DNA of 64,000 nt from a virus (Duplodnaviria; Heunggongvirae; Uroviricota; Caudoviricetes): IMG/VR virus record IMGVR_UViG_3300021431_000077, positions 103,062-167,061 of that record; one strand, written 5' to 3'. This document shows, one piece after another, positions 1-9,655 of this stretch. The notes under the pieces were generated by a model. It saw only the letters and a program-made list of their open reading frames with translations. It made no database searches and was not told the origin of the DNA. Numbering within the stretch: the stretch's first letter is position 1; every line of letters starts with the position of its first letter. Both the position numbers and the translations under genes were made by a program.

Positions 1-2
1 AT

Positions 3-311
3 ATGACTTATGGCTATGAACTTAATCGGTTTTATTACGAACAAACTTACAGTTTGGATGCCCTGAAGCAAATGAAAGAAGATATGATTGCTAAGCACAA
101 TCGTTATCTTTATGAAAAAGCACACCCGAAGCCGAAAATCGGGGAAACCTACAATGTCTACCTCTGCGGAAACCACGTAGATACCCTCTACCACGTCACA
201 AACATATCCTCCAACGACAAAGGAGTCTTCTTCACCATCACGAACGAGGACGGTTCGACATCCCTCAAAGAATACTGGGGCTCTGGCAACATCAATTGGA
301 CCAGAGAATAA
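3..311 (+). CDS. hypothetical protein (may be 5'-truncated by the window edge)
   Basis: ORF at window start, co-oriented run. Confidence 0.7.
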   Translation: MTYGYELNRFYYEQTYSLDALKQMKEDMIAKHNRYLYEKAHPKPKIGETYNVYLCGNHVDTLYHVTNISSNDKGVFFTITNEDGSTSLKEYWGSGNINWTRE

Positions 312-320
312 GGAGAGAAC

Positions 321-962
321 ATGAGCTATATTACAGACGTTAATCACATAGAGTGCAATACAATCCAAGATGTGTTTGACAAGTACACATCCAAGGAAGC
401 GAAGCAGGCGTATTCCTATCGCCTCTGCGATGTCACCATGAATGCACTCAGCGGCTCCGACTATGACGACTACTCCTGTGTCGAACCCACCAAGGAAGAC
501 ATTGCCAAGGTGAATCAGGAAATCAAGGCCGATATCGACGCCGATTTACGCAGGGTTGTCAACCTCATGTATGGCGAGTGCTCATCCTATGTGGCTGACA
601 TGACCCAGAAGGGTGTCATGCAGATGCTCTCCGCAACGGACCTTAGACGAATTAAGAGGCTTCTCAGCGGATTCGATGAACTCTACGATATCCACATTAA
701 ATCCGCACCTAGGGGGTTCATCCATAATATTCCAGACCGAGAGCTAGACGAGGGTAATGGACAGATAAACCACTACAACTTAATCTTCCCTATAAGCTCG
801 GACGGCGTTTTCGAGTATATTGCCCCCCTCCGAGCTGCCCTAGACAAGCTGAATTACGGAATAAAGACGGTAGTCACGGATTGCCTCATGGACACCCTAA
901 TCGAAGCGAAGACCCCCGTTAAGATAGAACCTTCCAAGAAAATCAAAAAGGAGAAAAAATGA
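321..962 (+). CDS. hypothetical protein
   Basis: 213 aa ORF, AGGAG RBS. Confidence 0.8.
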   Translation: MSYITDVNHIECNTIQDVFDKYTSKEAKQAYSYRLCDVTMNALSGSDYDDYSCVEPTKEDIAKVNQEIKADIDADLRRVVNLMYGECSSYVADMTQKGVMQMLSATDLRRIKRLLSGFDELYDIHIKSAPRGFIHNIPDRELDEGNGQINHYNLIFPISSDGVFEYIAPLRAALDKLNYGIKTVVTDCLMDTLIEAKTPVKIEPSKKIKKEKK

Positions 963-1174
963 CGGAGGAAGCACTGAAAGAAATTGAAACCATGCGTGAA
1001 AATTTAAGAAAATTATCAGGTTCTCGTGGGCTTATGGAAGTTGGAGTATTTCTTAGATATGGCAAAGGAGTCAGCGGATTGGGAACGAGAGGACTCAGCG
1101 CTTTCAAAAAAGATATGCGTAATTCTTTAAAACGGATAGAAAGATATTTACACGGGGTTACTAATGAAAGATGA
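959..1174 (+). CDS. hypothetical protein
   Basis: ATGA overlap with the upstream ORF. Confidence 0.7.
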   Translation: MTEEALKEIETMRENLRKLSGSRGLMEVGVFLRYGKGVSGLGTRGLSAFKKDMRNSLKRIERYLHGVTNER

Positions 1175-1505
1175 GATTCGAGACATCAAGAATATTGAAA
1201 AATTCGAAAAATATGGTGAAGCCCAAGTATATATCGAAAATATGCAGCTTGACATTCTTTATGAATGTTTCAAGTATTTGGAACCAAACGTAAATATCGA
1301 CGATATTGAACAATGTAACTGGCATGGCTATGAACAGGAATTTTCAATTTGTGTCCATAACCATGATTGTTGCGACTGGGACATTTATACTGTTCCTGCA
1401 AAGGTTTTCGACTACTGGATGGAAGGTGAAAAAGACAAGGCGTTGGACTTTTACAAGAAAACTGTAAAGACAGAAAAGTGGAAAGACCCACGGGAGGCGA
1501 AATAA
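1164..1505 (+). CDS. hypothetical protein
   Basis: ORF in coupled run. Confidence 0.75.
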   Translation: MKDEIRDIKNIEKFEKYGEAQVYIENMQLDILYECFKYLEPNVNIDDIEQCNWHGYEQEFSICVHNHDCCDWDIYTVPAKVFDYWMEGEKDKALDFYKKTVKTEKWKDPREAK

Positions 1506-2089
1506 TGGGCGCAAGCATGACCACCCTAAGGCAAACACTGGAATATATCCGCTCACTCGACCATGACGGATGCCAGAATGAACTGGAACAGATTAGCCAC
1601 GCCCTGTTCACGAGCAATGGCAAAGTGATTCACGACAATATAAGAAACGACAAGATTGTCAGGGAACGCTACGATGATGAAAAACGCCGTTTCACCGAAC
1701 AGATGTTCTCCTATGTCTCCAACGGGCAGATGATACCCGTGGAGCTGGTAAACAGCCTGTGCCGCTTCCTGTACCAGTCCCACAGGCACTGCTTCCCTGG
1801 CTTCATGGGGTTTAACCGAGTTAACGACCGCAAGCACATCACAAGGTGGCTCGACGACATGAAACATCCCGAGGAGGCTTGCGTACATGCCTGTTACATG
1901 ATTCGTAAGTATATCAACGGTAAAGGGGCAACCGACATAATGCTTGGCAACCTCAAGAAAGGGTTCCAGCACTACGGACGTGCCAAGGACCCGAACGAAA
2001 GGATTTGGGCGATGGTTGAAACCATGTTCAGGGCATCAATCCACGAGTATTACTGGACGATGGAAAGTAAGATGCATGACCCGTTCTAA
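1505..2089 (+). CDS. hypothetical protein
   Basis: Start reassigned to ATG 1505 (TAATG overlap, GGAGG RBS). Confidence 0.75.
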   Translation: MGASMTTLRQTLEYIRSLDHDGCQNELEQISHALFTSNGKVIHDNIRNDKIVRERYDDEKRRFTEQMFSYVSNGQMIPVELVNSLCRFLYQSHRHCFPGFMGFNRVNDRKHITRWLDDMKHPEEACVHACYMIRKYINGKGATDIMLGNLKKGFQHYGRAKDPNERIWAMVETMFRASIHEYYWTMESKMHDPF

Positions 2090-2138
2090 CGGAAGCAGGG
2101 TTTAACGAGGCTTCTACAACGAGAGGTTACATCAGTTG

Positions 2139-2426
2139 ATGCGTACTGAACAAATAACAGTTACACCGAACAAGGATGCTCCAATATATACGGCGCAGTT
2201 CCATGCTTGGCTGTATAATGAACTAAAAGAATATATCGATAAGAAGATTATATCTATATTTTACAGTTCAGCGTACGGTTGCGTAGTTACTCTGCGAGAC
2301 ACGCCATCTGAAGAATTGCGAGTTTTGGAAATGTCTCCACTAATGTCCAGGGACGATTTATTATTCAACATCAAACTATGGATTAGACTGAAAACTTCGG
2401 ATGCAGAACACCATGACCGACCGTAA
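2139..2426 (+). CDS. hypothetical protein
   Basis: ORF with GAGG RBS. Confidence 0.65.
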   Translation: MRTEQITVTPNKDAPIYTAQFHAWLYNELKEYIDKKIISIFYSSAYGCVVTLRDTPSEELRVLEMSPLMSRDDLLFNIKLWIRLKTSDAEHHDRP

Positions 2427-2463
2427 GGAATCATAGCCAGTAAAAAATACAGGAGACGCTAAT

Positions 2464-2610
2464 ATGCCAGTTATGGACAAGCTGAGACAATGTGCTGAAA
2501 AAATGGGTTATCATCTAGGCCCTATAGACCAGAAAATGGAAAAGGCTATCGACGAAGCCTTCGACGCAGTCTTTGAAGATGAAGAAAAATCGAATAAAGA
2601 ACAAAAATAA
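2464..2610 (+). CDS. small hypothetical protein (48 aa; not in ORF track)
   Basis: MPVMDKLRQC...EQK, AGGAG RBS. Confidence 0.6.
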   Translation: MPVMDKLRQCAEKMGYHLGPIDQKMEKAIDEAFDAVFEDEEKSNKEQK

Positions 2611-2628
2611 AAAATGTTTCAAAACCCC

Positions 2629-2657
2629 TTGACAGGGGGTTTTAAATTATGTATATT
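2629..2657 (+). promoter_or_regulatory. sigma70-type promoter TTGACA-N17-TATATT
   Basis: TTGACA 2629-2634, 17-bp spacer, TATATT 2652-2657, upstream of the 2695 gene run. Confidence 0.85.
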
Positions 2658-2694
2658 CTTTGTGTAAACAATGAAAACCAACAAAGGACATACC

Positions 2695-2889
2695 ATGAAA
2701 AACAGAAGATTTCCTATCGACACTGGCAAGTTCAAGTGCGTCGAACCGTATTCAGAAAACGGGGTTGAACTTGTCAAGGGGAAGACATACGAAGTGTATT
2801 CCTACGACAGCAGGTTCGTCTATATCTGGGGAATCAAGAACGCAAAGTTCTCACACATGTTCTTCTGGGAACATTTCGAAGAAGCTTAA
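2695..2889 (+). CDS. hypothetical protein
   Basis: First ORF after promoter 2629; AAGGA RBS. Confidence 0.7.
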   Translation: MKNRRFPIDTGKFKCVEPYSENGVELVKGKTYEVYSYDSRFVYIWGIKNAKFSHMFFWEHFEEA

Positions 2890-2915
2890 CCAAACATTAA
2901 ACAAGGAAACCTAAG

Positions 2916-3062
2916 ATGAACCGTAAGGAATTCGAAAAGAAGTACAAAGGCAGCAGCGATGAAATGTTCAAGGACGCCCTCTCCGTCTTCGACTCCCTCG
3001 AAAAAAAGCTGAAGGAAGAGGAAGAGTCCAGATACTACGACTCCGTCATGGGAGCAGGGTAA
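2916..3062 (+). CDS. small hypothetical protein (48 aa; not in ORF track)
   Basis: MNRKEFEKKY...MGAG, AAGGA RBS. Confidence 0.6.
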   Translation: MNRKEFEKKYKGSSDEMFKDALSVFDSLEKKLKEEEESRYYDSVMGAG

Positions 3063-3093
3063 AATCAAACTTAATCAAATTAAAGGAACTACA

Positions 3094-3675
3094 ATGAAAA
3101 ACACGGAATTTATTAACACCAAGATGATTCAGGGCCACCGTTATGCCCAACGATTCGAGACAATCACGGAAAGCATCGGCTACCAAGACGATTTGGACAG
3201 AAGCTTGACCGATTTCGCAAAGAGCCATATCGTCGTCTCGCTTACCCCGTATGTCCATGAACCCCGTGTCAATATCATCGTGGAATACCTCGCTGACTTG
3301 ACCGAGGAACGCATCAATCGGATGTGCGACGACTTCCTCCTGACGATGGCAAGCAAGGACCTGCGAGAAAAGAAGGAACCCAGGTCCAGGGAAGAAATGA
3401 GAAAGGACCCAGAGTTCATCCAGTTCAAGACATGGTGCGAAGACCTCGTATGCTGGGAAGACATGAACGGATTTACTGACAAACCACTTGTCATCGGAGG
3501 TGGAAACTCCATGCCCCCACTCCTCGCCAAACTTGCCGAAGCTCAGGATAAAGAAAATGTCGAACTCTACAAGAAGCTCTTCCCCGAATTCGCCAAGAGA
3601 CTCCATGAGGCGAAAGTGGCCTATTTAGCCAAAAAAGAGGCATTACAAACTATCGTTCTAGGCCAAAGTAACTAA
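3094..3675 (+). CDS. hypothetical protein
   Basis: 193 aa ORF, RBS. Confidence 0.8.
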   Translation: MKNTEFINTKMIQGHRYAQRFETITESIGYQDDLDRSLTDFAKSHIVVSLTPYVHEPRVNIIVEYLADLTEERINRMCDDFLLTMASKDLREKKEPRSREEMRKDPEFIQFKTWCEDLVCWEDMNGFTDKPLVIGGGNSMPPLLAKLAEAQDKENVELYKKLFPEFAKRLHEAKVAYLAKKEALQTIVLGQSN

Positions 3676-3678
3676 CCG

Positions 3679-3954
3679 ATGTCAACCCCAGAGATAATCA
3701 CTGCGCTGGCCCTAATCCTCATCTTCCTGCTCAGAATCGCCTGGGGCCAACACAAGGCGAAAGTCTGGAAAAGGGAGTACGAATCAGCCTTCGCCGAATG
3801 CAACAAGGCGTGGGTAACCTACAAGGAAGCATGTTACAGGAAAGAGAAAACCCTCGAAGAAGAACTCGACTGCGACCCAGCCGAACTCACTTGCCTAAGA
3901 GAGGATTTCCTCAGGAAGCAATCACTGTGGCTATCCCTGTGGCAAAAACAGTAA
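3679..3954 (+). CDS. hypothetical protein with N-terminal TM helix
   Basis: IITALALILIFLL hydrophobic stretch. Confidence 0.7.
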   Translation: MSTPEIITALALILIFLLRIAWGQHKAKVWKREYESAFAECNKAWVTYKEACYRKEKTLEEELDCDPAELTCLREDFLRKQSLWLSLWQKQ

Positions 3955-3982
3955 ACTTAATCCAATTAAAGGAAATGACACC

Positions 3983-4237
3983 ATGTGGACACTCATCGTA
4001 TTCACTGTTCTAGCAACGGGCCATTCTGGCGGCCTGTCCTCCACCTCGGTCCAAGGCTACACCTCCCTCAGAAGCTGCGAAAAGGCAGGGCATGAACTCG
4101 TAACGAAAGCCCCCGAGACAAGGTACTTCTACAACCAGATGGAAAGACCCCTCTTCGGAAGAGATACCACCCAGCTCTATTCAACCGCATATACCGAATT
4201 GGTCAAGTACGGCTACCAGTGCGTCGAGGTAAAGTAA
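3983..4237 (+). CDS. hypothetical secreted/membrane protein
   Basis: MWTLIVFTVLA signal-like N-terminus. Confidence 0.7.
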   Translation: MWTLIVFTVLATGHSGGLSSTSVQGYTSLRSCEKAGHELVTKAPETRYFYNQMERPLFGRDTTQLYSTAYTELVKYGYQCVEVK

Positions 4238-4238
4238 T

Positions 4239-4856
4239 ATGTTCACGAACGATGTAAACTTCTATACCGTCAAGCAGATTGACGACTTCATCGATAGACA
4301 CGCTCCCATCTACGAATGGGGCGTCGCCTCACTCGAACATACCCGTAACATACTCATCGACCGCCTAAAGACCCGTCTCGCCATCGCTAACGGCATGGGC
4401 CACTCAATCAATGGCGAAAAACGTGCCAAAGTCCTCATGGATTTGGGTTTCGCCAACTACAAGAAGGTCATCGACCTGACTATCGGCGACGGCTGGAGCA
4501 GGACCGTCCAGAATCCCCCTCAGGAAATCGAAGAAAAATTCCGCAAGTTCGCAGGCGGTTTACTCGACAAGGTTGGATATGTCACGGAAGCTAAGTTCGT
4601 CTTCTGCGACGAATCAATCGAATTCATGTTCCATACCGAAGATGACCTCGACTACTCATTCGAATACTTCTATGACACCACAGAAGAAATGATAGCCAGT
4701 GTTGGAATCCTAACCAAATCCACTTGGTCAAACGGCCAGAAAAAGCGTGAGTACCTCGCAGGTTCAATCAAGTGTTTCGACCTCGATTCCGCTCTCACAA
4801 TGGTGGAAAACAGCAAAAGTGAACTCGCCGAAAGAATAGCCATCGGCCTCGTATGA
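4239..4856 (+). CDS. hypothetical protein
   Basis: 205 aa ORF in coupled run. Confidence 0.8.
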   Translation: MFTNDVNFYTVKQIDDFIDRHAPIYEWGVASLEHTRNILIDRLKTRLAIANGMGHSINGEKRAKVLMDLGFANYKKVIDLTIGDGWSRTVQNPPQEIEEKFRKFAGGLLDKVGYVTEAKFVFCDESIEFMFHTEDDLDYSFEYFYDTTEEMIASVGILTKSTWSNGQKKREYLAGSIKCFDLDSALTMVENSKSELAERIAIGLV

Positions 4857-5074
4857 AACTCAAAGACTATATCAAAGAAGTCAGGAACCATATCCTGTGC
4901 TATGAATACTCTACCACCTCCGACCTCGCTAACCATATCGTCGAAGAGGACCGTGAGTACATAGAAGAAAACTTCAACAACCATGTACCAACCAACGATA
5001 CCGCCCATCAGGTCTGGAACCGATGGGTTTGTCCCTCAGGTATCGAACCGTTTGTAAACCAAGGAGCAACATAA
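4853..5074 (+). CDS. hypothetical protein
   Basis: ATGA overlap. Confidence 0.7.
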   Translation: MKLKDYIKEVRNHILCYEYSTTSDLANHIVEEDREYIEENFNNHVPTNDTAHQVWNRWVCPSGIEPFVNQGAT

Positions 5075-5352
5075 TGTCCCTCTCATCCATCCCGAAAGAT
5101 AAATCTGACTTCATCACAGTTGACCAGCTGATTGAAGCCCTTACCAAACTCCGTTCCGAACATAACTGTGGCAACCTCCCCGTCGCCCTAAGCCACTGGG
5201 AAGACTTCGACATGGTGGAAACCCATAAGAGCGGCGTAATAACCAGGGTATCTACCACCGACGGCCCAAGGGTCCTCTATGGAAGGTCGATGTTGGAGTC
5301 CATGGAATGCATCATGCTCGATTTTGAACTGTTCCCAGAACATAATTACTAA
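5074..5352 (+). CDS. hypothetical protein
   Basis: Start reassigned to 5074 (TAATG overlap, AGGAG RBS). Confidence 0.7.
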   Translation: MSLSSIPKDKSDFITVDQLIEALTKLRSEHNCGNLPVALSHWEDFDMVETHKSGVITRVSTTDGPRVLYGRSMLESMECIMLDFELFPEHNY

Positions 5353-5365
5353 CAGGAGATAACCC

Positions 5366-6169
5366 ATGACAGTAAAAGCTGTACTCCCCGTTGCCCCAGC
5401 ATGGGGCGAACCGCCCCTCCCTGTCAAGGGCCCACTCAACGACATCCTTGCCAAACAGCTTGTAAAGGATGTACAAAACAGAATGGAGAAAATCGTGTCC
5501 GAACCCCAAAAATCAAAAAATATTTCCATCCCAGAACAGGATATCCCCCCTGTCGATGACCTGTCCTATTCCCTAGTAAAGCTGTACTTCAAGGTCAATA
5601 CTTCCACCAATGAGGACGAAGACGACTATGACTTCTACATGCTCCAACGGGATTACTTTCCAGAACTCCTCTGGGCCTTCTCCATGACCTACATGGGCAA
5701 CCACTTCCCCAACAAGGCGGAAGACCTCCCAGAAGGCGTAAAACCCGCTCAGCACTACCTAGCCTACTCCCCCACGGAAGGCATCCTCCTCTGCGTAGGC
5801 TACTACTTCAAGAACAGCATCCTCCAACGCTCGTCGGCAGAATACTTCAAGGATGCCCTCAAAAAGATTGTCGATAACATCGACGGCCAGTTCCTCGACG
5901 GATGGGGCGAAAACGGATTCCAGTTCAAGCATAAGGATAAGTACATATCCGCACACTTCGAAAGCAAAGTCCGCTATGTCATCGCCGATGTATTCAATGT
6001 TGATTCACTCCATGTCAGATGGGATTCAATCGAAGAGATTGACAACCTCGACTGGATGCTCTCCTATAAGGCCTACTACTGGCTCTATGAACACCAGAAA
6101 TATGGTGACCAGTCCCAAACCCAACTGGATTACCTTACAAAACACAAGGGAAACTACTTCTTCGCTTAA
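5366..6169 (+). CDS. hypothetical protein
   Basis: 267 aa ORF, AGGAG RBS. Confidence 0.8.
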   Translation: MTVKAVLPVAPAWGEPPLPVKGPLNDILAKQLVKDVQNRMEKIVSEPQKSKNISIPEQDIPPVDDLSYSLVKLYFKVNTSTNEDEDDYDFYMLQRDYFPELLWAFSMTYMGNHFPNKAEDLPEGVKPAQHYLAYSPTEGILLCVGYYFKNSILQRSSAEYFKDALKKIVDNIDGQFLDGWGENGFQFKHKDKYISAHFESKVRYVIADVFNVDSLHVRWDSIEEIDNLDWMLSYKAYYWLYEHQKYGDQSQTQLDYLTKHKGNYFFA

Positions 6170-6196
6170 ACCCAAATTGCTTAGGAAGGCGTAATA

Positions 6197-6583
6197 ATGG
6201 AACTTGAACAATTATACCAGTATCTCGGCAGCTATATCCGCAATGGCTATGGCCACCTGAATGTAGCAGTCGAGAATGCGTTTGGAGAAGGTGGAGACCT
6301 TAATTCCATCAGCATTGCAAATGACGGAAAGACAATCTATCTGAAAGAGTCCCATGGCCCTCAGTTTTTTGAAGGGGGCCTCTATGAGGTAGATGCAGGC
6401 AGTTTCTTTATCGCCAAACGGGCTACAGGCGAAGAAGGCCCTGGCATTCATGTGGGTGACCCCATCCTTGAACGTGACGAAGGAAACAAGATGATGCATA
6501 CGATTGCTGGGATTCCCGATAATGCCAGGTTTACTGGAATAGTTGTACATTTCAGTATGCTGGAAAAGGAAAGAGGAACATAA
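6197..6583 (+). CDS. hypothetical protein
   Basis: ORF in run. Confidence 0.75.
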   Translation: MELEQLYQYLGSYIRNGYGHLNVAVENAFGEGGDLNSISIANDGKTIYLKESHGPQFFEGGLYEVDAGSFFIAKRATGEEGPGIHVGDPILERDEGNKMMHTIAGIPDNARFTGIVVHFSMLEKERGT

Positions 6584-6587
6584 CCCT

Positions 6588-6908
6588 ATGAATACCCTAG
6601 AACAAAGATGCATCAACTACATGAAGGCCTATAAGGCACCCAGAGAGGAATTCTTCCAACACCTCTGGGATTCAACCGTCTGCCCAAAGGATTTAGCCAA
6701 GAAAGCTCTAAACCATGCTGGCATCCCGTTTGAAGAAGTCTGGACCCTAAATGCCCGTATCGCCCATAACCCATGTACGGATAAGGATGAACTCTCCATA
6801 GACTGGCTGACAGTTGCATACTACCTAGAACAAAACCATGTCATTACCCTCAGGAATACAGCAGAGGCAAAAGACATGGTAAAACAATACCTTGATTCAA
6901 TCCCATGA
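6588..6908 (+). CDS. hypothetical protein
   Basis: Start at ATG 6588, GAGG RBS. Confidence 0.7.
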   Translation: MNTLEQRCINYMKAYKAPREEFFQHLWDSTVCPKDLAKKALNHAGIPFEEVWTLNARIAHNPCTDKDELSIDWLTVAYYLEQNHVITLRNTAEAKDMVKQYLDSIP

Positions 6909-7114
6909 AAAAACTAATCGTAAATACAATAGCCTGGATTCTCATGATAACAGACTGGGGTACACTCGGCATCTGCTTCTATCTCCTCATGACCGACCAG
7001 AAGGATTCAGCAGGCCTTCCAGCTACCATCTGTGCAGTATCGGCATTCCTCTCAATGGTATTCATGGTGGTCGATGTATGTATCATTGAAGAAGGCGGTA
7101 CTAAACCCCTATGA
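6905..7114 (+). CDS. small two-TM membrane protein
   Basis: Two hydrophobic segments; ATGA overlap. Confidence 0.7.
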   Translation: MKKLIVNTIAWILMITDWGTLGICFYLLMTDQKDSAGLPATICAVSAFLSMVFMVVDVCIIEEGGTKPL

Positions 7115-7119
7115 TAAAA

Positions 7120-7146
7120 ATCCCCTGAGTTAACCACCCAGGGGAT
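7120..7146. terminator. Hairpin between convergent genes (probable bidirectional terminator)
   Basis: ATCCCCTG...CAGGGGAT stem between the + ORF ending 7114 and the - ORF ending 7153. Confidence 0.75.
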
Positions 7147-7152
7147 TCAATG

Positions 7153-7527
7153 TCATCGCTTCAACACATTCTTCAATGCCGTGGTAAGACTCTCTATCTT
7201 CCCGAACATCTCACTTATGGCTACCATCACATTGGTAGATGTAACGGTACAATTCTCCACATAATCCCTGTCCAGCCTCCTTACTCCCCCAAAGTTGTAA
7301 TAGTTCGGGAAGTAAAAGCGGCTGCACCTAGGATTCTCCCACCCGATAGAAAGAAAGGCACTGACTTCCTTGAACTCACCCTTCTTGTTATACTCTATCG
7401 AAACACAGAGGTAACCGTACTTCATATACAGGTAGAAAACACCCTTGCATAACCCGTCCTCGATAAAACCCTGCTTCTTCAAATACTTGCGGAAAGCAAA
7501 AATTTCTCTATCAGTTGGCTTAACCAT
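7153..7527 (-). CDS. hypothetical protein
   Basis: Likely start MVKPTDRE; ends at the convergent hairpin. Confidence 0.7.
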   Translation of the reverse strand: MVKPTDREIFAFRKYLKKQGFIEDGLCKGVFYLYMKYGYLCVSIEYNKKGEFKEVSAFLSIGWENPRCSRFYFPNYYNFGGVRRLDRDYVENCTVTSTNVMVAISEMFGKIESLTTALKNVLKR

Positions 7528-7747
7528 ACAGTGCCTCCAAACATTCGTCAATGCCATCGCCACCCCCTACATAGGAACCCGCCTTACAGTCGAACATCCC
7601 CCAGTGGTCCTCCTGACGTATCAGCTTGATATGAGTATCGGGAAGGCTCACTATCCTACCCGTGCTTGAAACACTTATCTTCCCCTCGTCGAATTCAACC
7701 CCCAGGGTCTTCAAACACTCGATTACACTCTGCTTCAAATCTACCAT
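7520..7747 (-). CDS. hypothetical protein
   Basis: Directly downstream of promoter 7783-7811. Confidence 0.7.
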   Translation of the reverse strand: MVDLKQSVIECLKTLGVEFDEGKISVSSTGRIVSLPDTHIKLIRQEDHWGMFDCKAGSYVGGGDGIDECLEALYG

Positions 7748-7782
7748 TGGAAACCTCTGTTGTTTTAACTAGGTATATTACA

Positions 7783-7811
7783 AATATAACAAATCCATCC
7801 AAGTATGTCAA
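7783..7811 (-). promoter_or_regulatory. sigma70-type promoter TTGACA-N17-TATATT
   Basis: Reverse complement gives TTGACA tacttggatggatttgt TATATT upstream of ORF 7747. Confidence 0.8.
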
Positions 7812-7851
7812 GAGAGATAATAGAGAAAATTAAAAAATATTTTCCAGTTTC

Positions 7852-7874
7852 GGGGGGCAGCGAAGCTGCCCCCC
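7852..7874. other. Perfect 10-bp GC hairpin with GAA loop (contains GCGAAGC)
   Basis: GGGGGGCAGC-GAA-GCTGCCCCCC. Confidence 0.9.
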
Positions 7875-8089
7875 TGCTTGCCACAAAAATCAAAAATTAT
7901 TTTGAACATTAAGAAAATCAAAAATTTTTTGAAGGTGGTTGCAAACCCCTCTTTTAAAATTGGCCAAAAAACGCAAATTTCGCCATAGGTTATTACCCAG
8001 AACGGGATGTTTTTAGGACGTATTGGCGGCGCGGCGCTGTCATAAAATGAAAGGTTTTGGGACTGATTTAATTATGTATATATTGCGAC

Positions 8090-8560
8090 AGGGTTGAAAA
8101 AGAAGGGGTGAAACCTAACCCGTGTTCGTCTGCACAGGTTATCAACAGGTTGCCTACAGGGTTTCGACGGCGGGTTAACACCAGGTTCACACGGGGTTTT
8201 CACCACAGGTTTTCAACCAGATTTCACCCTCCTTTTCAACCCCATTTCAACCATTTATCAACAGTGATTTCAGGCGCCCGATATTTTCAACTTGGGTTAT
8301 GACGATTCGATTGAAACTGGGTTTGAACCCAGGTTAATAACCCAAGTTGAGAATAATGGATGTAAAAAGATGGTTACAACCCTGTTGATAGATTGTTGAG
8401 AAGTTGGGTGAAAACAGATGGTTGAAAGTATGTTGAAAACCTGTTGAAAACCCATGATAAAGATATCAACAAGATATCAACAGGTGTGAATAGATTGTTG
8501 AGAGGGTGGTATGGCAGCCAGCGTGCGGAGCTGGTCAGGGGTGATAACCCAGGTTGAAAA
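8090..8560. repeat. Left-boundary quasi-palindrome of degenerate CAAC/GTTG words with an inverted pair of site cores
   Basis: CAACTTGGGTTAT (8288-8300) and ATAACCCAAGTTG (8337-8349) are inverted around CTGGGTT-TG-AACCCAG (about 8318-8333); TTCAAC words lie to the left and GTTGA words to the right. Confidence 0.85.
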
Positions 8561-8644
8561 TCTATGTATGTAAAAGAAAGTAAACAGAAAGGGGGACGCC
8601 TTTGCAGGCGCCCCCTTGATGATATGAATGAATACGAAAGGTGT

Positions 8645-9547
8645 TTAAGCCACGAGTTCTTGGAACAGGGACTTGGAGATTTCCTTTGGGACAGATAGTC
8701 TATCAACCAAATCGAAGGAATCCTTGTCGGGCCGCAGGATAGCGAACTCACCCGATTCGTGGAAATAGAGCCAAGCATCCAAGTTCATGAAGAACAGGGT
8801 GCAGTAGATTTGGTTTTTGACCTTGTTGGGGTCATTGGAGACATTGAGTATTTCCATATCCTTTGCCACAGGCTCTTCATCATCCACTAGGATAACGTTC
8901 GGGGTGAAGAAGATTTTATGCCCTAGTACAGAACGGGTTTCGCCCATGGTTATGAACCTATTGGCGGGGCCAATGATTGTGTCATTGGCGTTACGTACAA
9001 GCAGGTTCCAGATATGGTTCATATTGGTGGACGAAACCACGTCTGTACACGGCTTGTAAAGGCCATGGGAGACAACCCATTTGGCGGTCATGAGAGATTT
9101 CTTAGTGAGGTTCTCTCGTGAGAGGATATGGGCGGTCAGGTTCAGGATGTCGAGCATATTGGCTACACCTACAGCGAGGTAATCGGACTTGGCTTCCGTG
9201 AGTTTCTCGGAGATATAGGCGGAATCCATATTAACCGACGAGGGGACAGTTATGTGGCCCTTATGGAACTCAACTGAATCCCGTTTGATTTCCTGGAAGA
9301 TGTTGATGTTGTCGTGGAAGCCAGTGGAAACTATGTTGGCAACCTTGTATGCATCAATGATGTTCGGGGTCTTTTGGGAAAGGAGTTGATGAACAATGCA
9401 ACATACTGCTTGCAAGTTTTGGGTAGCAGAGCGAAGGCCGCTGAGCGTGAGTTGCTCAGAGATGTAATCCATAGCATCGTTCCTGTCTTCGGCGAGCATT
9501 TTCTTGACAAGGGATTCGGGATTTGGTTTCGGTTTCTGTGTGAACAT
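8645..9547 (-). CDS. hypothetical protein (last cassette gene)
   Basis: 300 aa ORF, GGAGG RBS, terminator at about 8590-8615. Confidence 0.85.
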   Translation of the reverse strand: MFTQKPKPNPESLVKKMLAEDRNDAMDYISEQLTLSGLRSATQNLQAVCCIVHQLLSQKTPNIIDAYKVANIVSTGFHDNINIFQEIKRDSVEFHKGHITVPSSVNMDSAYISEKLTEAKSDYLAVGVANMLDILNLTAHILSRENLTKKSLMTAKWVVSHGLYKPCTDVVSSTNMNHIWNLLVRNANDTIIGPANRFITMGETRSVLGHKIFFTPNVILVDDEEPVAKDMEILNVSNDPNKVKNQIYCTLFFMNLDAWLYFHESGEFAILRPDKDSFDLVDRLSVPKEISKSLFQELVA

Positions 9548-9655
9548 TGGATTGCCTCCTGATGTTACAAATATACATAATTAAATATGGGAGCGGAGAA
9601 AAATCATAAATTTTTTTTGAGAAAAATCAAAAATTTAAAAAATAAAAATTAAAAA

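Noticed and set aside
8108-8778. ORFs 8108-8302 and 8374-8778
   Set aside because: They lie in the quasi-palindromic repeat region or overlap the real 8645-9547 gene; no RBS.
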